In this document: piece after piece, positions 1 through 8,946 of the stretch | Position numbering within the stretch: the first letter of the stretch is position 1 | How the letters are laid out: the number at the start of each line of letters is the position of its first letter | Notes under the pieces: generated by a model | Database searches by the model: none | What the model was told of the DNA's origin: nothing | What the model saw: only the letters and a program-made list of their open reading frames with translations | Translations under genes and position numbers: made by a program | Assembly (NCBI GenBank): GCA_964613905.1 | Contig: CAZTIV010000008.1 | Coordinates: 548 to 60,193 of the forward strand | Direction of reading: 5' to 3' | Origin: an uncultured Gemmatimonadaceae bacterium | Lineage (GTDB): Bacteria > Gemmatimonadota > Gemmatimonadetes > Gemmatimonadales > GWC2-71-9 | Length of the DNA: 59,646 bases

Positions 1-626
1 TGAACACGACCACTGAACGACTTGGCGCCGTTCTCATCCGGTTTGTTGAGGCCGGTTCCGTTCATCACGGCCCCGAAGACTCTGACCCGGCCCTGAGCCA
101 GGGTTCCTTCCAGCATGGCACCGATATCCCGCCCGCCGAACATCAGACCTTCTGTGAACCGGGTGTAACCGCAGGTGCCTCCGGGGCCCGCGCAGTCGTC
201 CACGCCGCGGATGGCGCCGGCGCGGTCCGCGACAATCATCCGGGTGCTGCCGGAACTCAGGGCGAAGATGTCGAATGGTCGTTTGAACTGTCCTGCCGTG
301 GCGCGGAGTGACGGACTGAACGTCAGCCTCGCGTAGGCATCCTGAAGAGCTGCGGATCCGTTGCCGAAGTCAGGCATGACGCGGCCGCTCAGGAAATCGT
401 TTACCCGGATGTCTACGATTATCCGCGCGCGACGGATCAGAATCTCGCTTGCGCGCGATCCTTCGACGGAGGTTGTGTTGAATTGGGTCTGTGCAATACC
501 GGTGATTTCGACAACGCGCTGGGCTTGTGCCGCATGCGGCAGTGCAAATGCAATCAGGGGCAGCAGAACCCTGACCGCCGTTACGGGAATCAGCGACGAG
601 GTGGCGGGGATTGTCCGAGACTCCAC
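1..626 (-). CDS. OprO/OprP-family (phosphate-selective-like) outer-membrane porin, 3' end outside window
   Basis: Not in the ORF track. My translation of the minus strand: VRVLLPLIAFALPHAAQAQRVVEITGIAQTQFNT...IRRARIIV...MPDFG..AALQDAYARL...AGQFKRPF...GGRDIGAMLEG...VMNGTGLNKPDENGAKSFSGRV. Signal peptide plus RRAR, DAY, GQFK.PF, RDIG and NG.G motifs. Start uncertain; nearest in-frame GTG is at 626. Confidence 0.75.
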   Translation of the reverse strand, partial: MESRTIPATSSLIPVTAVRVLLPLIAFALPHAAQAQRVVEITGIAQTQFNTTSVEGSRASEILIRRARIIVDIRVNDFLSGRVMPDFGNGSAALQDAYARLTFSPSLRATAGQFKRPFDIFALSSGSTRMIVADRAGAIRGVDDCAGPGGTCGYTRFTEGLMFGGRDIGAMLEGTLAQGRVRVFGAVMNGTGLNKPDENGAKSFSGRV

Positions 627-985
627 ACGTAGGCCGCCACGGCTCGGAGCTGGGCGTCCGAGATGTTGGCTCCACCCCTGGGGGGCATCATCCCACCGCT
701 CTTCGACTCGTTGGGCATGATGCCCTTGATAATCGTCTCAAATATTCCGTTGTAGGAACCGTCACTGTGCAGCCACTCGCCGTCGGTGAGATCAGGCCCC
801 ACCCCGCGAACCCCCTTGGCGTTCTGGCCATGGCAGGCGTGGCAGAGACCGGCACCGCGGAAGAGCGTTTGTCCGGTGGAGACCATCTGGCGGGTGACAT
901 CGGGCGGCAGGGAATCCTGCTGAGCGGTGGCCGGGGCGGCCAAGGCGATCAGGAACCCCGGGAGCAGGACGACAGAAGTGCGCAT
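590..985 (-). CDS. Periplasmic monoheme c-type cytochrome
   Basis: C-terminal part of ORF 590..1447 from ATG 985. Signal peptide (APATA-QQ), CHACH heme motif, GPDLTD.EWLH, distal MMPPRGG. Confidence 0.9.
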   Translation of the reverse strand: MRTSVVLLPGFLIALAAPATAQQDSLPPDVTRQMVSTGQTLFRGAGLCHACHGQNAKGVRGVGPDLTDGEWLHSDGSYNGIFETIIKGIMPNESKSGGMMPPRGGANISDAQLRAVAAYVWSLGQSPPPRR

Positions 986-1032
986 GGCGCCCGAATAGTG
1001 TAACGGCAAGGTAACGACTGCAAGGGCCTTGC

Positions 1033-2661
1033 TCAGGCGTAGTCGGGGTACACGGGCTCCCACATGACACCGCGTACATGAGCATCCAGGTCGGCGGGCG
1101 GTGGTATGGTGGCAAGACCATGGTCGAACGCCGTTCGGGCGGCGGCCGTGCCGATAGCGGCCGAAACCTCGCGGATCCGGGCGAGCGGCGGAAAGAGGCA
1201 ACCCAGTCTCAGGGAGTCGTCGGTCACCTGCGCGGCCAGCGCGCGGGCTGCCGCATGAAACATCTCGTCCGTAACCCGAGTTGACCCGACGGCCGTCACC
1301 CCGAGACCCACGCCGGGGAAGATGTAGGCGTTGTTCCCCTGCCCGGGGACGTGGGTCCGACCGTTCAGCGTTACCGGCGCGAAAGGCGACCCACTGGCGA
1401 ACACGGCGCGGCCATCGGTCCATCTGTAGGCCTGCTCGGCGGTGCACTCGGAGTTGGCGGTGGGGTTGGACAGCGCGAACACGATGGGCCGCTCATTGAG
1501 CCGGGCCATTGCCCGGAGCACGGGTTCCGTGAAAGCGCCGCCACGGCCCGACACTCCGATGAGCGCCGTCGGCCGGAGCGCCTCCATTGCCGTCACAAGA
1601 TCGCTCACTGGTGCGTGGGCGTGGGCGAACGGCCGCTTATGCCTGGGCAGGTCGGTGCGGGACGCCACGACCAGTCCGTGCGAGTCCATGAACCAGATGT
1701 TCGCCCGTGCGCGCTCACCTGACACGCCGGTGCCTTCCATCGCCCCCACAACCAGATCGGCTATACCCGTAGCAGCCGCTCCAGCGCCGAAGAACAGTAT
1801 CCGCTGCTGCGTCATGCCGGTTCCGGTGATTCGCCCCGCGCTCAGCAGGCCTGCCAAGGTCACTGCGGCCGTGCCCTGAATGTCATCGTTGAAGCTGAGC
1901 ACGCGGTTGCGATAACGCGCCAGTAAACCGATTGCGTTATCAGTGGCGAAGTCCTCGAACTGGATGAGCGCACGGGGATACACTTCCTGCACCGCGTTTA
2001 CCAACTCCTCGACCAGTTCGTCATAGGCAGGTCCGCGGAGGCGAGGCTGCAACAGCCCGGTGTACAGTGGATCCTCGCGCAGCACGGCATTGTCGGTACC
2101 GACGTCCAGCAGCACTGGCAGGCACCATGCCGGATGGATTCCGGCAAGGGCCGTGTAGAGCGAGAGCTTGCCTATGGGTATGCTCATGCCCCAGGCGCCG
2201 AGGTCTCCAAGGCCCAGAATGCGCTCGCCGTCCGTCACCACTATCACGCGCACGTCGCGCTCGGGCCAGTTACGCAAAATGTCCGTCACCCGGCCGCGGT
2301 CGGCGGCCGTGACATATAGGCCGCGCGGACGCCGGAAGATGTGGCCGAATCGGAGGCTCGCTTCGCCAACGGTGGGTGTGTAGACGATCGGAAGCATCTC
2401 GTCTACATGCTCAAGGAGAGTGCGGTAGAAGAGGGTTTCGTTCCGGTCCTGCAGCGCCGTGAGGAAGATGTACTTCTCGAGGTTCGATGTCTTGGCCTCG
2501 TAGTTCCCCATCACGCGCAGCAGTTGCTGTTCCATCGTGGTGACCCGCGAGGGGAGGAGGCCCCGCAGGTGCAGGCCATCCCGTTCGGTTTCGGTGAACG
2601 CGGTGCTCTTGTTGAACCTCGGGTCGTGGAGCAGGGCGATACCTGTCGGGCGGTCGTTCAT
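1033..2661 (-). CDS. maeA: NAD(P)-dependent malic enzyme (MaeA/SfcA type)
   Basis: Motifs YTPTVGEA, TDGERILGLGDLG, QFEDF, FNDDIQGTAAV, LSNPT, QGNNAYIFPG. Start trimmed to ATG 2661. Confidence 0.93.
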   Translation of the reverse strand: MNDRPTGIALLHDPRFNKSTAFTETERDGLHLRGLLPSRVTTMEQQLLRVMGNYEAKTSNLEKYIFLTALQDRNETLFYRTLLEHVDEMLPIVYTPTVGEASLRFGHIFRRPRGLYVTAADRGRVTDILRNWPERDVRVIVVTDGERILGLGDLGAWGMSIPIGKLSLYTALAGIHPAWCLPVLLDVGTDNAVLREDPLYTGLLQPRLRGPAYDELVEELVNAVQEVYPRALIQFEDFATDNAIGLLARYRNRVLSFNDDIQGTAAVTLAGLLSAGRITGTGMTQQRILFFGAGAAATGIADLVVGAMEGTGVSGERARANIWFMDSHGLVVASRTDLPRHKRPFAHAHAPVSDLVTAMEALRPTALIGVSGRGGAFTEPVLRAMARLNERPIVFALSNPTANSECTAEQAYRWTDGRAVFASGSPFAPVTLNGRTHVPGQGNNAYIFPGVGLGVTAVGSTRVTDEMFHAAARALAAQVTDDSLRLGCLFPPLARIREVSAAIGTAAARTAFDHGLATIPPPADLDAHVRGVMWEPVYPDYA

Positions 2662-2686
2662 GATTGGATTCGCCGTAGAGTAAGAG

Positions 2687-5359
2687 TCATCCCAGTGTGC
2701 GTCCCCGTCTCCGGTTCCACCACTTGTCCACCTCACCGCCGAGTATGACAGAGGTGCCCACCGTGGCGAGCAGAGTCCAGTCGCCCTGGTCCAGTGGGAC
2801 GGTTCGGAAGATTCGCTGGAGCGGTGTCCAGTACAGCGCCCCCACGTGTGCCAGGGCCGCAGCGATCAGGCTCACGAACAGGAACCGGTTGGAGAAGGGG
2901 CTGATCCGGAAGATGGACTGGTCGAGCGACCGGCTGTTGAAGACGTGGAAGAACTGGAACACCACCATTTGCGTCATTGCCATGGTACGCGCATACTCGA
3001 GATTTCCGGTCAACTCCAGGTTCCACCAGAACACGCCGGCCGTACCGGCTGCTATCAGCACGCCAACCGCTCCCAGGCGGCGCAGCAGCGGCAAGGTGAT
3101 GACACCCTCGTGTGGATCGCGCCGCCGGCGTTTGAGCAATCCCGGCTCTGCCGGCTCGAAGGCCAGTGCCACGTCCTGCAGGCCGTTGGTCACCAGGTTG
3201 ATCCACAGTATCTGAGCTGGAACGAAGGGTAGTGGATATCCCATGAAGAGCGTTGCCAGAATCGCGATGGGCATGGCAACGCCGGTGGAGAGCAGGAAGA
3301 ATGTCACCTTCCGGATGTTGGAGAAGACAACCCGTCCTTCTTCCACCGCGGCCGTGATGGTGGCAAAGTTGTCGTCCGCCAGTACCATGTCTGAAGCTTC
3401 GCGGGCCACGTCGGTGCCACTCTTGCCCATGGCCACGCCCAGGTGAGCGGCGCGCAGGGCGGGCGCGTCGTTCACTCCGTCACCCGTCACCGCCACGATC
3501 TCGCCCTTGTGCTTGAGCCGCTGGACTATGCGAAGCTTGTGTTCGGGTGCGACACGGGCGTAGATGGCCGTGTCGTCCAGCGTCCGGTCCAGCTCCTCGT
3601 CCGCCATCGTCTCAAGGGCGGCACCTTCCACGGCCCGTGTCTCACCATTGGCGCCGAGTCCAAGTTGCTTACCGATGGCGCGGGCGGTGTCAACGTGATC
3701 GCCGGTGAGCATCAGCACGCGGATTCCGGCTGCGTGCGCCGATGCCACCGCGTCTATCGCTTCGGGCCGCACCGGGTCCTCCATGCCCTGGAGGCCGGTG
3801 AACACGAGTCCTGAGAGTGCGTCGGGCTTGATGCCGTCGCCTTCCCGCGGTCCAAAGGCCATGGCCAGCACTCTGAGTCCGCGCTGTGCCAACTCTGCGG
3901 CGGCGGCGCGGATGGCATCGGCGTCAATCGGCGCATCGCCATCCGTGGTGGCCATACGGTCACACCGCGAGAGGATCACCTCCGGAGCGCCCTTGAGCCA
4001 GACCCGGCGGCCCGCCGGGCCGTCGTTCAGCGTGGCCATGAACTTCCGCTCCGGCTCGAAGGGCAGGAGGTCACGTTCGGTGTGGTGGCGGCGCTCCTGC
4101 GCCACGTCCAGGCCGGCCCAGCCAGCCGCGCGCAGGAGCGCCACCTCGGTGGGGTCGCCCAGAGATGCGTCGTCATCCGTGCCCGGTGTTTTCGCTTCAT
4201 TGGCAAGCAGTCCGGCGAGCAGGGTTGCGTGGAGCGCCCGGTGTTGCTCGAGGTCGGCCGACAGGCCGCCCTCATCGACGCCGAACATCTCGCCGCCGGC
4301 CCAGACCGCCCGGACGCTCATCTCGTTCTTCGTGAGCGTGCCGGTCTTGTCGGACCCGATCACCGTGGTGCTGCCGAGCGTTTCCACAGCGGGGAGCGAC
4401 CGTATGATGGCACGACGACGCGCCATGCGCCGGACGCCGAGGGCGAGCGTGACAGTGACCACAATCGGCAGTCCCTCGGGGATCGTAGCCACGGCCAGAG
4501 CAGCCGCCGTGAGCACCATCTCACCGAGCGAGAGGCCTACAGCAAGGCCGATCCCTGCGGTGACCACGGACAGCCCGACTACGGCGAACGCAATCCAGTG
4601 ACCCAATCGTTCCATCTTGAGCTGGAGCGGTGTGGCGGTGGGGCCCAGCTCCCGGACCGCCGCCGCGATGCGTCCGAGCTCGGTGGCCGGACCGGTCCGC
4701 ACTGCGACACCACGCGCCCGACCCCGCGCTACGATGGTGCCGAGGAACGCCATGTTGATCTGATCGCCGGCTACCGGGGTGCCCTCAATGACGGCGTGCG
4801 CGTCCTTGCGCACGGTGGTGGACTCTCCGGTCAGCATGGATTCGTCCACCTCGAGGTGCCGTGCGTCGGTGAGCCGGAGATCAGCCGGTACGCGCGCCCC
4901 GGAAGTCAGCAACACGATGTCGCCGGGCACGACCTCGCGGCTCGCGATCTCGCGTGCCCGGCCGTCCCTCAGTACCTCCGCTTTCGGGGCGCTGAGCTTC
5001 TGCAGAGCCCGCATGGCCTGATGAGCGCGGTATTCCTGGGTGAACCCGATCACCGCATTGAGCACGACCACGGCGAGAATGACACCAGTGTCCGTGTAGT
5101 CGCGCAGCAGCAGCGTAATTATGGCCGCCGCGAGCAGGATGTAGATGAGGGGGTCGGTAAACTGGTGGAGCAGGAGGCGCCACCACGGAGTGCCCCGGTC
5201 GGTTTCGACTTCGTTCGGGCCGAACTGCGCCAGCCGGTCTCCGGCCTCGGAGTCGGTCAGTCCGTCGGGGCGGGATCCGATCTGCGCAAGGGTGTCGTCC
5301 GCCGACAGGTCATGCCAGCGGGCGGAGGATGCGTCCTGAGTCACGGTACGGTCGGTCAC
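2687..5359 (-). CDS. Cation-transporting P-type ATPase, type IIA (CtpF/PacL-like)
   Basis: TGES, IPEGL, DKTGTLT phosphorylation site, KGAPE, TGDGVNDAPAL, QILWINLVTNG. 890 aa with about 10 TM segments. Confidence 0.93.
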   Translation of the reverse strand: MTDRTVTQDASSARWHDLSADDTLAQIGSRPDGLTDSEAGDRLAQFGPNEVETDRGTPWWRLLLHQFTDPLIYILLAAAIITLLLRDYTDTGVILAVVVLNAVIGFTQEYRAHQAMRALQKLSAPKAEVLRDGRAREIASREVVPGDIVLLTSGARVPADLRLTDARHLEVDESMLTGESTTVRKDAHAVIEGTPVAGDQINMAFLGTIVARGRARGVAVRTGPATELGRIAAAVRELGPTATPLQLKMERLGHWIAFAVVGLSVVTAGIGLAVGLSLGEMVLTAAALAVATIPEGLPIVVTVTLALGVRRMARRRAIIRSLPAVETLGSTTVIGSDKTGTLTKNEMSVRAVWAGGEMFGVDEGGLSADLEQHRALHATLLAGLLANEAKTPGTDDDASLGDPTEVALLRAAGWAGLDVAQERRHHTERDLLPFEPERKFMATLNDGPAGRRVWLKGAPEVILSRCDRMATTDGDAPIDADAIRAAAAELAQRGLRVLAMAFGPREGDGIKPDALSGLVFTGLQGMEDPVRPEAIDAVASAHAAGIRVLMLTGDHVDTARAIGKQLGLGANGETRAVEGAALETMADEELDRTLDDTAIYARVAPEHKLRIVQRLKHKGEIVAVTGDGVNDAPALRAAHLGVAMGKSGTDVAREASDMVLADDNFATITAAVEEGRVVFSNIRKVTFFLLSTGVAMPIAILATLFMGYPLPFVPAQILWINLVTNGLQDVALAFEPAEPGLLKRRRRDPHEGVITLPLLRRLGAVGVLIAAGTAGVFWWNLELTGNLEYARTMAMTQMVVFQFFHVFNSRSLDQSIFRISPFSNRFLFVSLIAAALAHVGALYWTPLQRIFRTVPLDQGDWTLLATVGTSVILGGEVDKWWNRRRGRTLG

Positions 5360-5396
5360 GAGCTGAAGATGGCCGACGGTACCTCCTCAGGGAATG

Positions 5397-5606
5397 TCAG
5401 TTGCGCCGGGGAGCGCAGGTGCTGAAGCCGAACAGTTCGTACAGCGGGCACTTCTTCGTGAGCGCCGTGGCGGCCATGATCAGGGCACCCAGTGCAGCGA
5501 CCAGTGAGATCAACGGCTGGGCGCTGAACGCTCCCGCCACGATGATGAGTGCCAGGGCAATTACCCAGCGTACGGCCACGTCCAGCGAACTCATGTTGTT
5601 CTGCAT
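5397..5606 (-). CDS. DUF2892 (YgaP-like) small membrane protein
   Basis: N.SSLD..VR, two TM helices, CPLYELFGFSTC tail. GGAGG RBS upstream. Confidence 0.85.
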   Translation of the reverse strand: MQNNMSSLDVAVRWVIALALIIVAGAFSAQPLISLVAALGALIMAATALTKKCPLYELFGFSTCAPRRN

Positions 5607-5639
5607 GTAGCCTCCACGTAAGACGAATACGTGGGGTGA

Positions 5640-5683
5640 ATACTAGACATCGAATTGTGAACGGGGGTCGAAGTGGGGATGAA
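5640..5683 (-). promoter_or_regulatory. Candidate promoter: -10 TAGTAT with three 11-bp-spaced direct-repeat boxes
   Basis: On the plus strand: ATACTA 5640-5645, then GTGAA 5657, TCGAA 5668, ATGAA 5679. Confidence 0.5.
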
Positions 5684-5688
5684 GAGAT

Positions 5689-5752
5689 GAGGGAAAAGGG
5701 GAAAAAGGAAACGTAGGATCATGCCGTACTTTTCCCGTTTCCCTTTTCCCTC
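5689..5752. repeat. Imperfect inverted repeat of GGGAAAA-type heptamers (hairpin just after a stop codon)
   Basis: Arms 5689-5715 and 5727-5752. Same unit and AAAAGTA end as the element at 23717. Confidence 0.75.
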
Positions 5753-5757
5753 TGGTG

Positions 5758-6348
5758 CTAATGTCCTCCCGATCCAGCCGGAGCCGGCCTGCGTCCCCGT
5801 ACACGTTGCCGCACCGCATCCGTCCATCCGTCAACTCGCGCACGCTGGACCTCCGTCAGCACGGCTCGCGCGTCCAGTGCCGCCTTCATGTGAGCCCACT
5901 GGACTCGCCCCATGGCTTCATGAGCCGCCCGGAACTGCGTCTCGATGGCGCGCTGATCGGGTGCGGTGGCGTTCATCGCTTCCGCCAGCTGGCGCCGGGC
6001 CGTGCGGTGCTGCTCCTGAGCCGCTTCGCGCTCCGCGCTCGCCCGTTCGGCAAGCTCAGTCAGCCGGGTGACCTGTTGCTCGGTGAGTCCAAGTGCTTCG
6101 CGGCGCTGGAGCAGCCTGGCAGGCTGCAGGGCGTGGGTGCGGGTCATCTCGGCCATGTGACCCCGCATCTCCCGCATCATCTCTCCGCGCATCCTGCCGC
6201 GCTGCCCCATGCGTTCCTGCATCCGTTCCTGCATGCGGGGTCCCATCTGCATACGTGGTCGCTCGGGCACCGGCTGTGCCGGCTCCTGCGCGGCCGCGGG
6301 GGCACTTACCGCCAGAGCGGCAACCAGAACTGTCATGTGACGCTTCAT
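5758..6348 (-). CDS. Spy/CpxP-family periplasmic protein with Met/Arg-rich segment
   Basis: ATG 6348 after a GGAGG RBS. Signal peptide APAAA-QE, two LTxxQ motifs (LGLTEQQ, VLTEVQR), Met-rich RMQERMQERMG...EMMREMRGHM. Confidence 0.85.
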   Translation of the reverse strand: MKRHMTVLVAALAVSAPAAAQEPAQPVPERPRMQMGPRMQERMQERMGQRGRMRGEMMREMRGHMAEMTRTHALQPARLLQRREALGLTEQQVTRLTELAERASAEREAAQEQHRTARRQLAEAMNATAPDQRAIETQFRAAHEAMGRVQWAHMKAALDARAVLTEVQRARVDGWTDAVRQRVRGRRPAPAGSGGH

Positions 6349-6358
6349 GTCCAACCTC

Positions 6359-7546
6359 CTAGAACGCCGTGCTGAGACCCAGCGCCCATCTCGTGTTTTT
6401 GTCTTCCAGATCCCAGGTGCCTTCCGCGAACAGACGGAAGTTGCGACGCAGGAGGTAGCCTCCTCCTGCGGTGAGGGTCTGGTACCGTAACACATTGGAC
6501 GGTCCGCCCAGCCGAACGTTAAGGAGAGGCCTGTCGGAGTCCACGTAGTTGTATAGCGCCAGTCCGTACCACCGGCTGCGGGGTGGGCTAAGGATCGCCT
6601 CCACGAATCCGCCGTCGGTGCGCACCTTCGTTTCCCCGGCACTGAATGTGGGCAGATCGTCCTCGCGGTGAATGTACTGACCGTTCACCTCCAGAGGTCC
6701 GAAGGACAAGGTGAAATCTCCGCCCACCATCCACAGCCGGTTGGTTTCTTCAGGACCCTCGTTCAAGCTCCCGGACTGGCGTCCGAAATACCCCAGTGCC
6801 CCAACCCTGATACCGGATGTAAGGTCACGCGTCACATGACCCAGAAGGTTCTTGAATGCGTCGTTGTCGAGCCTGAGGTCTGCCTCGGCCTCATGGCGTC
6901 CGTTGCCGTTCACTACGATCCCGGTGACTGTGAAGCCAAGGACGTCGGCGATGGCCATGATACCACGGTCGTAGGTCAGATCCGCCGGCTGACGCCCGAT
7001 TCGAGCCCGGTAGATGGCATAGTCCTGTACCGGGAGACGCAGTTCCCGTTTGAACATGGGGTCCGATACCTGGAACTGGCCAACGGCCAGATCCAGAGGC
7101 GCTCCGGCGATGTCGTTGAAGTAGATGAATGCGTCCTCGACGCCGCCGATCTCGCCGCGCTCGAAAAGGAAGAAATAGAGATAGTACGAAATGTCCCTCG
7201 ATATGGGGCCGCCGGCCAGGATTTTGAGATTGTAAGGTGTCTTCAGGTCCGTCACCGCTCGTCCGTTGGCGTACGCATCCACATACGCATCCAGGCGAAA
7301 GGCGATAGGCAACTCCCGCGAGAGGTCGAGAAGCGGATCACCCGTAGGCACCGAGTCGCGAATCGGCTCACGCGCCACCATGCGGAATCCGTTGGCCGCG
7401 TACTGCTCGCCAAAAGCCGTGAGCCGCGGCATGGGATTGTGGCAGAGGTTGCAGCTCACTCCATACTTGCGGGCGAAGGCGGGGATTTCCGACGCCTCGA
7501 GGACCGCACCGATCATCAGAAACGCAAGCACCAGAAGCATTCTCAT
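6359..7546 (-). CDS. Cyc2-like fused monoheme cytochrome c / outer-membrane beta-barrel
   Basis: Signal peptide, then IPAFARKYGVSCNLCHNPMPRLTAFGEQYAANGF (P.FAR..G..CxxCH...P.L..FG..Y...GF signature). Amphipathic beta strands and C-terminal Phe (LGLSTAF). Confidence 0.8.
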   Translation of the reverse strand: MRMLLVLAFLMIGAVLEASEIPAFARKYGVSCNLCHNPMPRLTAFGEQYAANGFRMVAREPIRDSVPTGDPLLDLSRELPIAFRLDAYVDAYANGRAVTDLKTPYNLKILAGGPISRDISYYLYFFLFERGEIGGVEDAFIYFNDIAGAPLDLAVGQFQVSDPMFKRELRLPVQDYAIYRARIGRQPADLTYDRGIMAIADVLGFTVTGIVVNGNGRHEAEADLRLDNDAFKNLLGHVTRDLTSGIRVGALGYFGRQSGSLNEGPEETNRLWMVGGDFTLSFGPLEVNGQYIHREDDLPTFSAGETKVRTDGGFVEAILSPPRSRWYGLALYNYVDSDRPLLNVRLGGPSNVLRYQTLTAGGGYLLRRNFRLFAEGTWDLEDKNTRWALGLSTAF

Positions 7547-8937
7547 GAGTCCTCCTCTATCGGGAACGTGAGAATCATCCGGAGTCCTCCGGAAGGGGCA
7601 GCCTCGGCTTGTAACGTGCCGCCGTGCGCGTGCACTATGGCGGCCGTCACCGTAAGGCCGAGCCCGGCGCCCGCGTGGCGCCCCCTTGCACTGTCCGCCC
7701 GATAGAACCTTTCCAGGATGTGGGGCAGAAGGTCCGCCGGGAGTCCGGGGCCGTTGTCCTCCACGATCAGCGCCATCGTTCCCGGACCACTCTGGGTCTG
7801 TACTCTCACGGACGTCCCGTCAGGGGTGTGACGTACCGTGTTGTCAAGCAGCTGATCGAGCGCAAGCCCGACCAGTCTCGCGTCCAGCCCAACCGAATGC
7901 GTGAACTCGCTTCTGTCTTCGAGGGCGTAAGTCCGGGTTCCCGCCCGAGGAAGTATGCGATCCAGCGCCATCTGAACCGTCTCTCGCAGATCGACGGGCA
8001 TCACCCTCGGCTCGAGTTCTCCCGCATCGGCCCGCGCCACGATCAGCACGCTCTCTCCGATCATCGCGAGGTGTTCCACCTCTTCGAGAAGACTTTCCAG
8101 AATCGTGCGATACTGCTCCGGCGATCGGTCGCGGGCGCGAAGCGCCACTTCAAGTTGACCCCGCATGGCGGTAATGGGTGTACGGAGGTCGTGACCCAGG
8201 TCGGCGATTATCCGACGCTCGGCCAATATGGACCGGTCAAGTCGCTCGATCATCCGGTTGATCTGTGTTATCAGGCCGTGGAACTCACGCACGTGCGTGT
8301 GCGCCGTGATGCGCTGTCCGGTCTGCTCGCCGTGCACCGCCGACGCCTGGTCGGCGATCTGCTCCACGGGTTCCATCGCCCGCGTGGCCAGCCAACGGGC
8401 ACCGAACACAGTGGCTACCACACCCAGCAGGACCGTGCCGAGCATGAGCAACAGCACGTCGCGGGCCGCTTCCCGGGTGGGATCCAGCGACGCGGCCATC
8501 TGAATAACGCGGCTGGATTGCCCTCCGTTGTCGGGTACACGTTGATACACGATCCGCGCCGACGAGCCAGCCCAGGAGGCGGTCTGATACGCCGAGCCCT
8601 CGCGCAGTGCGTCGCGCAGTGTGTTGGCGTCGAACGGCAGGTCCGCGGCGTGTACTATGTTCACGGAGAGAATGCGGCCGGCCGAGTCGCGCAACACGAC
8701 GAACCGGTTGACCCGGTCTACGAAAGTCTGGAATTCCAGGGGATCCGGGAAGGGAACCAGGGCGTCGTCACGGGCCACGGTGGCGCTCAACATCAACGCC
8801 GCGTTCCCCAACGCCACGTCAAGCTGCCGATTCAGCATACGCGTGGTGCCGAGGAACGCCCACAGCGCTATCAGGAGCAGCGCCGCGGCCATAGTGATGC
8901 AGAACCGCACCGCGAGGACGCGGCGCAGGGAATACAT
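7543..8937 (-). CDS. Membrane sensor histidine kinase (HAMP-HisKA-HATPase; CusS/QseC-like)
   Basis: Two TM helices around a periplasmic domain. HDLRTP H-box, LLDN, DNGPG, FYRAD, GAGLGL. Confidence 0.9.
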   Translation of the reverse strand: MYSLRRVLAVRFCITMAAALLLIALWAFLGTTRMLNRQLDVALGNAALMLSATVARDDALVPFPDPLEFQTFVDRVNRFVVLRDSAGRILSVNIVHAADLPFDANTLRDALREGSAYQTASWAGSSARIVYQRVPDNGGQSSRVIQMAASLDPTREAARDVLLLMLGTVLLGVVATVFGARWLATRAMEPVEQIADQASAVHGEQTGQRITAHTHVREFHGLITQINRMIERLDRSILAERRIIADLGHDLRTPITAMRGQLEVALRARDRSPEQYRTILESLLEEVEHLAMIGESVLIVARADAGELEPRVMPVDLRETVQMALDRILPRAGTRTYALEDRSEFTHSVGLDARLVGLALDQLLDNTVRHTPDGTSVRVQTQSGPGTMALIVEDNGPGLPADLLPHILERFYRADSARGRHAGAGLGLTVTAAIVHAHGGTLQAEAAPSGGLRMILTFPIEEDS

Positions 8938-8946
8938 GGCCCGGGT

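Noticed and set aside
986-1447. N-terminal 154 aa of ORF 590..1447
   Set aside because: Overlaps the malic enzyme in another frame. The real cytochrome starts at ATG 985 with a signal peptide.
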